Assembly (NCBI RefSeq): GCF_902459465.1
Contig: NC_047068.1
Coordinates: 12,338,001-12,402,000, forward strand
Source of the DNA: Asterias rubens
Taxonomy: Eukaryota
Direction of reading: 5' to 3'
DNA: 64,000 nucleotides
How positions within the stretch are numbered: the first letter of the stretch is position 1; every line of letters begins with the position of its first letter. Under the pieces are notes generated by a model. The model was not told the DNA's origin. It worked only from the letters and a program-made list of their open reading frames with translations, and searched no databases. This document shows positions 63,401 through 64,000 of the stretch, piece by piece. The translations under genes and the position numbers were made by a program.

Positions 63401-63437
63401 CTAATATAACGCTTAGGGGAACCGATCTTCCAGACAT
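54435..63437 (-). CDS. NPRL3: GATOR1 complex subunit NPRL3 (nitrogen permease regulator-like 3), complete, 14 coding exons, 574 aa
   Basis: Exons in transcript order, all with GT-AG and consistent phase: 63437-63320 ([28 protein letters not shown]), 62664-62571, 62216-62084 ([29 protein letters not shown]), 61474-61403 ([11 protein letters not shown]), 60841-60688 ([27 protein letters not shown]), 60261-60186, 59710-59605 ([16 protein letters not shown]), 59015-58824 ([17 protein letters not shown]), 58153-58047 ([16 protein letters not shown]), 57600-57480, 57154-57095 ([10 protein letters not shown]), 56322-56181 (LHTYVFL), 55630-55444 ([15 protein letters not shown]), 54597-54435 ([19 protein letters not shown]). 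The total is 1725 nt. Motifs match my recollection of human NPRL3. Confidence 0.96.
54672..54844. mobile_element. PIF/Harbinger-type MITE with TAA target duplication, in the last NPRL3 intron
   Basis: 26-bp perfect TIR aggcccggtcccactgcagcgataac / gttatcgctgcagtgggaccgggcct, flanked by TAA on both sides. A TWA TSD is typical of PIF/Harbinger. Confidence 0.85.
56655..56965. mobile_element. TTAA-flanked MITE, distinct family, in an NPRL3 intron
   Basis: ~33-bp TIR aggaaacgttgccttggatcggtcgagttggtc / gaccaactcgtccgatccaaggcaacgtgttcct, with TTAA on both sides. Confidence 0.85.
59110..59290 (+). mobile_element. tRNA-derived SINE remnant with a Deu-like central domain, in an NPRL3 intron
   Basis: B box gggttcaagtccc, then gacacttgggtccttaaccaaggca, then gtccttcagatgggatgttaagctggaggtccc..aaaagaacacagtgcactt..aagagaggggg. 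This resembles the DeuSINE/AmnSINE domain as I recall it. Confidence 0.55.
60330..60510 (+). mobile_element. Degenerate L2-group LINE fragment in an NPRL3 intron
   Basis: ..[22 protein letters not shown] remnants across frameshifts. Confidence 0.6.
61010..61273. mobile_element. MITE family A, reverse orientation, partial, in an NPRL3 intron
   Basis: Reverse-complement family A body ending gtaattaccaaatgtccagtgcct|TTAA. Confidence 0.75.
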
Positions 63438-64000
63438 TTTAAGGGCGATGAAACTTTGCTAAATTTCCACCACTTACCTTGCCTGGTACCTAAACTTAGT
63501 ATTCTCCGTTTACATACGTAACATTGGCGACCTGGATCAAGGAACCCGACTAAGGCGGCGTTGACAGCTAGTTTCAAATAAAAACAAAAAGAAGTGTGGG
63601 TGTGGCCATGGGATGGGAGGGGGGGGATTTCTTCTTGAATCTTGGTGCCACTCCCCCCTTTTTAAACCTAAAAAATATGTCTTTGATTGTTACTTTTTAA
63701 CAAATTTAATTTAAAAGTAGCTGTGGACACTGGTTCACACTTCAATCAACCAGATTCAATCTACATAAAAATAATAATATGAATCATGATTGATAATAAA
63801 GACAGGATGTAATTTTTTTTAGTTTTGGCTACCACTTCCCGGTCCCATGATCATATGATCATGATGATGAGTGCCAGCAGAATTATCCTCGGCCTATCCT
63901 CACTTTATGTTTCCCATTCCCAACATATGCATAAAATAAAAAGGATAACTTTCCGTATGGCGCCACCACTTTTTCACTCATTTTGACAAAAAGGGATATA

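Overview
Eukaryotic, AT-rich, repeat-dense genomic window with spliced genes; no prokaryotic-type features. An invertebrate deuterostome, probably an echinoderm such as a sea star, is my inference from protein divergence and the repeat families. Three genes were reconstructed by hand from GT-AG junctions and codon phase. (1) An inactive rhomboid (iRhom/RHBDF) on the minus strand: its putative promoter is near 49.7 kb, four shared cytoplasmic-domain exons lie at 0.64-5.16 kb, and the rest runs off the left edge. (2) MPG (3-methyladenine DNA glycosylase, ~262 aa, + strand, 50864-52684). (3) A complete 14-coding-exon NPRL3 (574 aa, - strand, 54435-63437). The order and orientation RHBDF(-)/MPG(+)/NPRL3(-) are those of the genes flanking the vertebrate alpha-globin cluster; no globin is visible in the window. 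The ~44-kb 5' region of iRhom holds two mutually exclusive phase-2 first coding exons and a candidate 33-nt symmetric cassette exon. It also holds many non-autonomous transposons (TTAA/Kolobok-type, hAT and PIF/Harbinger MITEs, tRNA-derived SINEs, L2 and RTE LINE 3' fragments), foldback structures, tandem repeats and one 403-N assembly gap. All homology calls come from recognition of sequence motifs; no database search was run.
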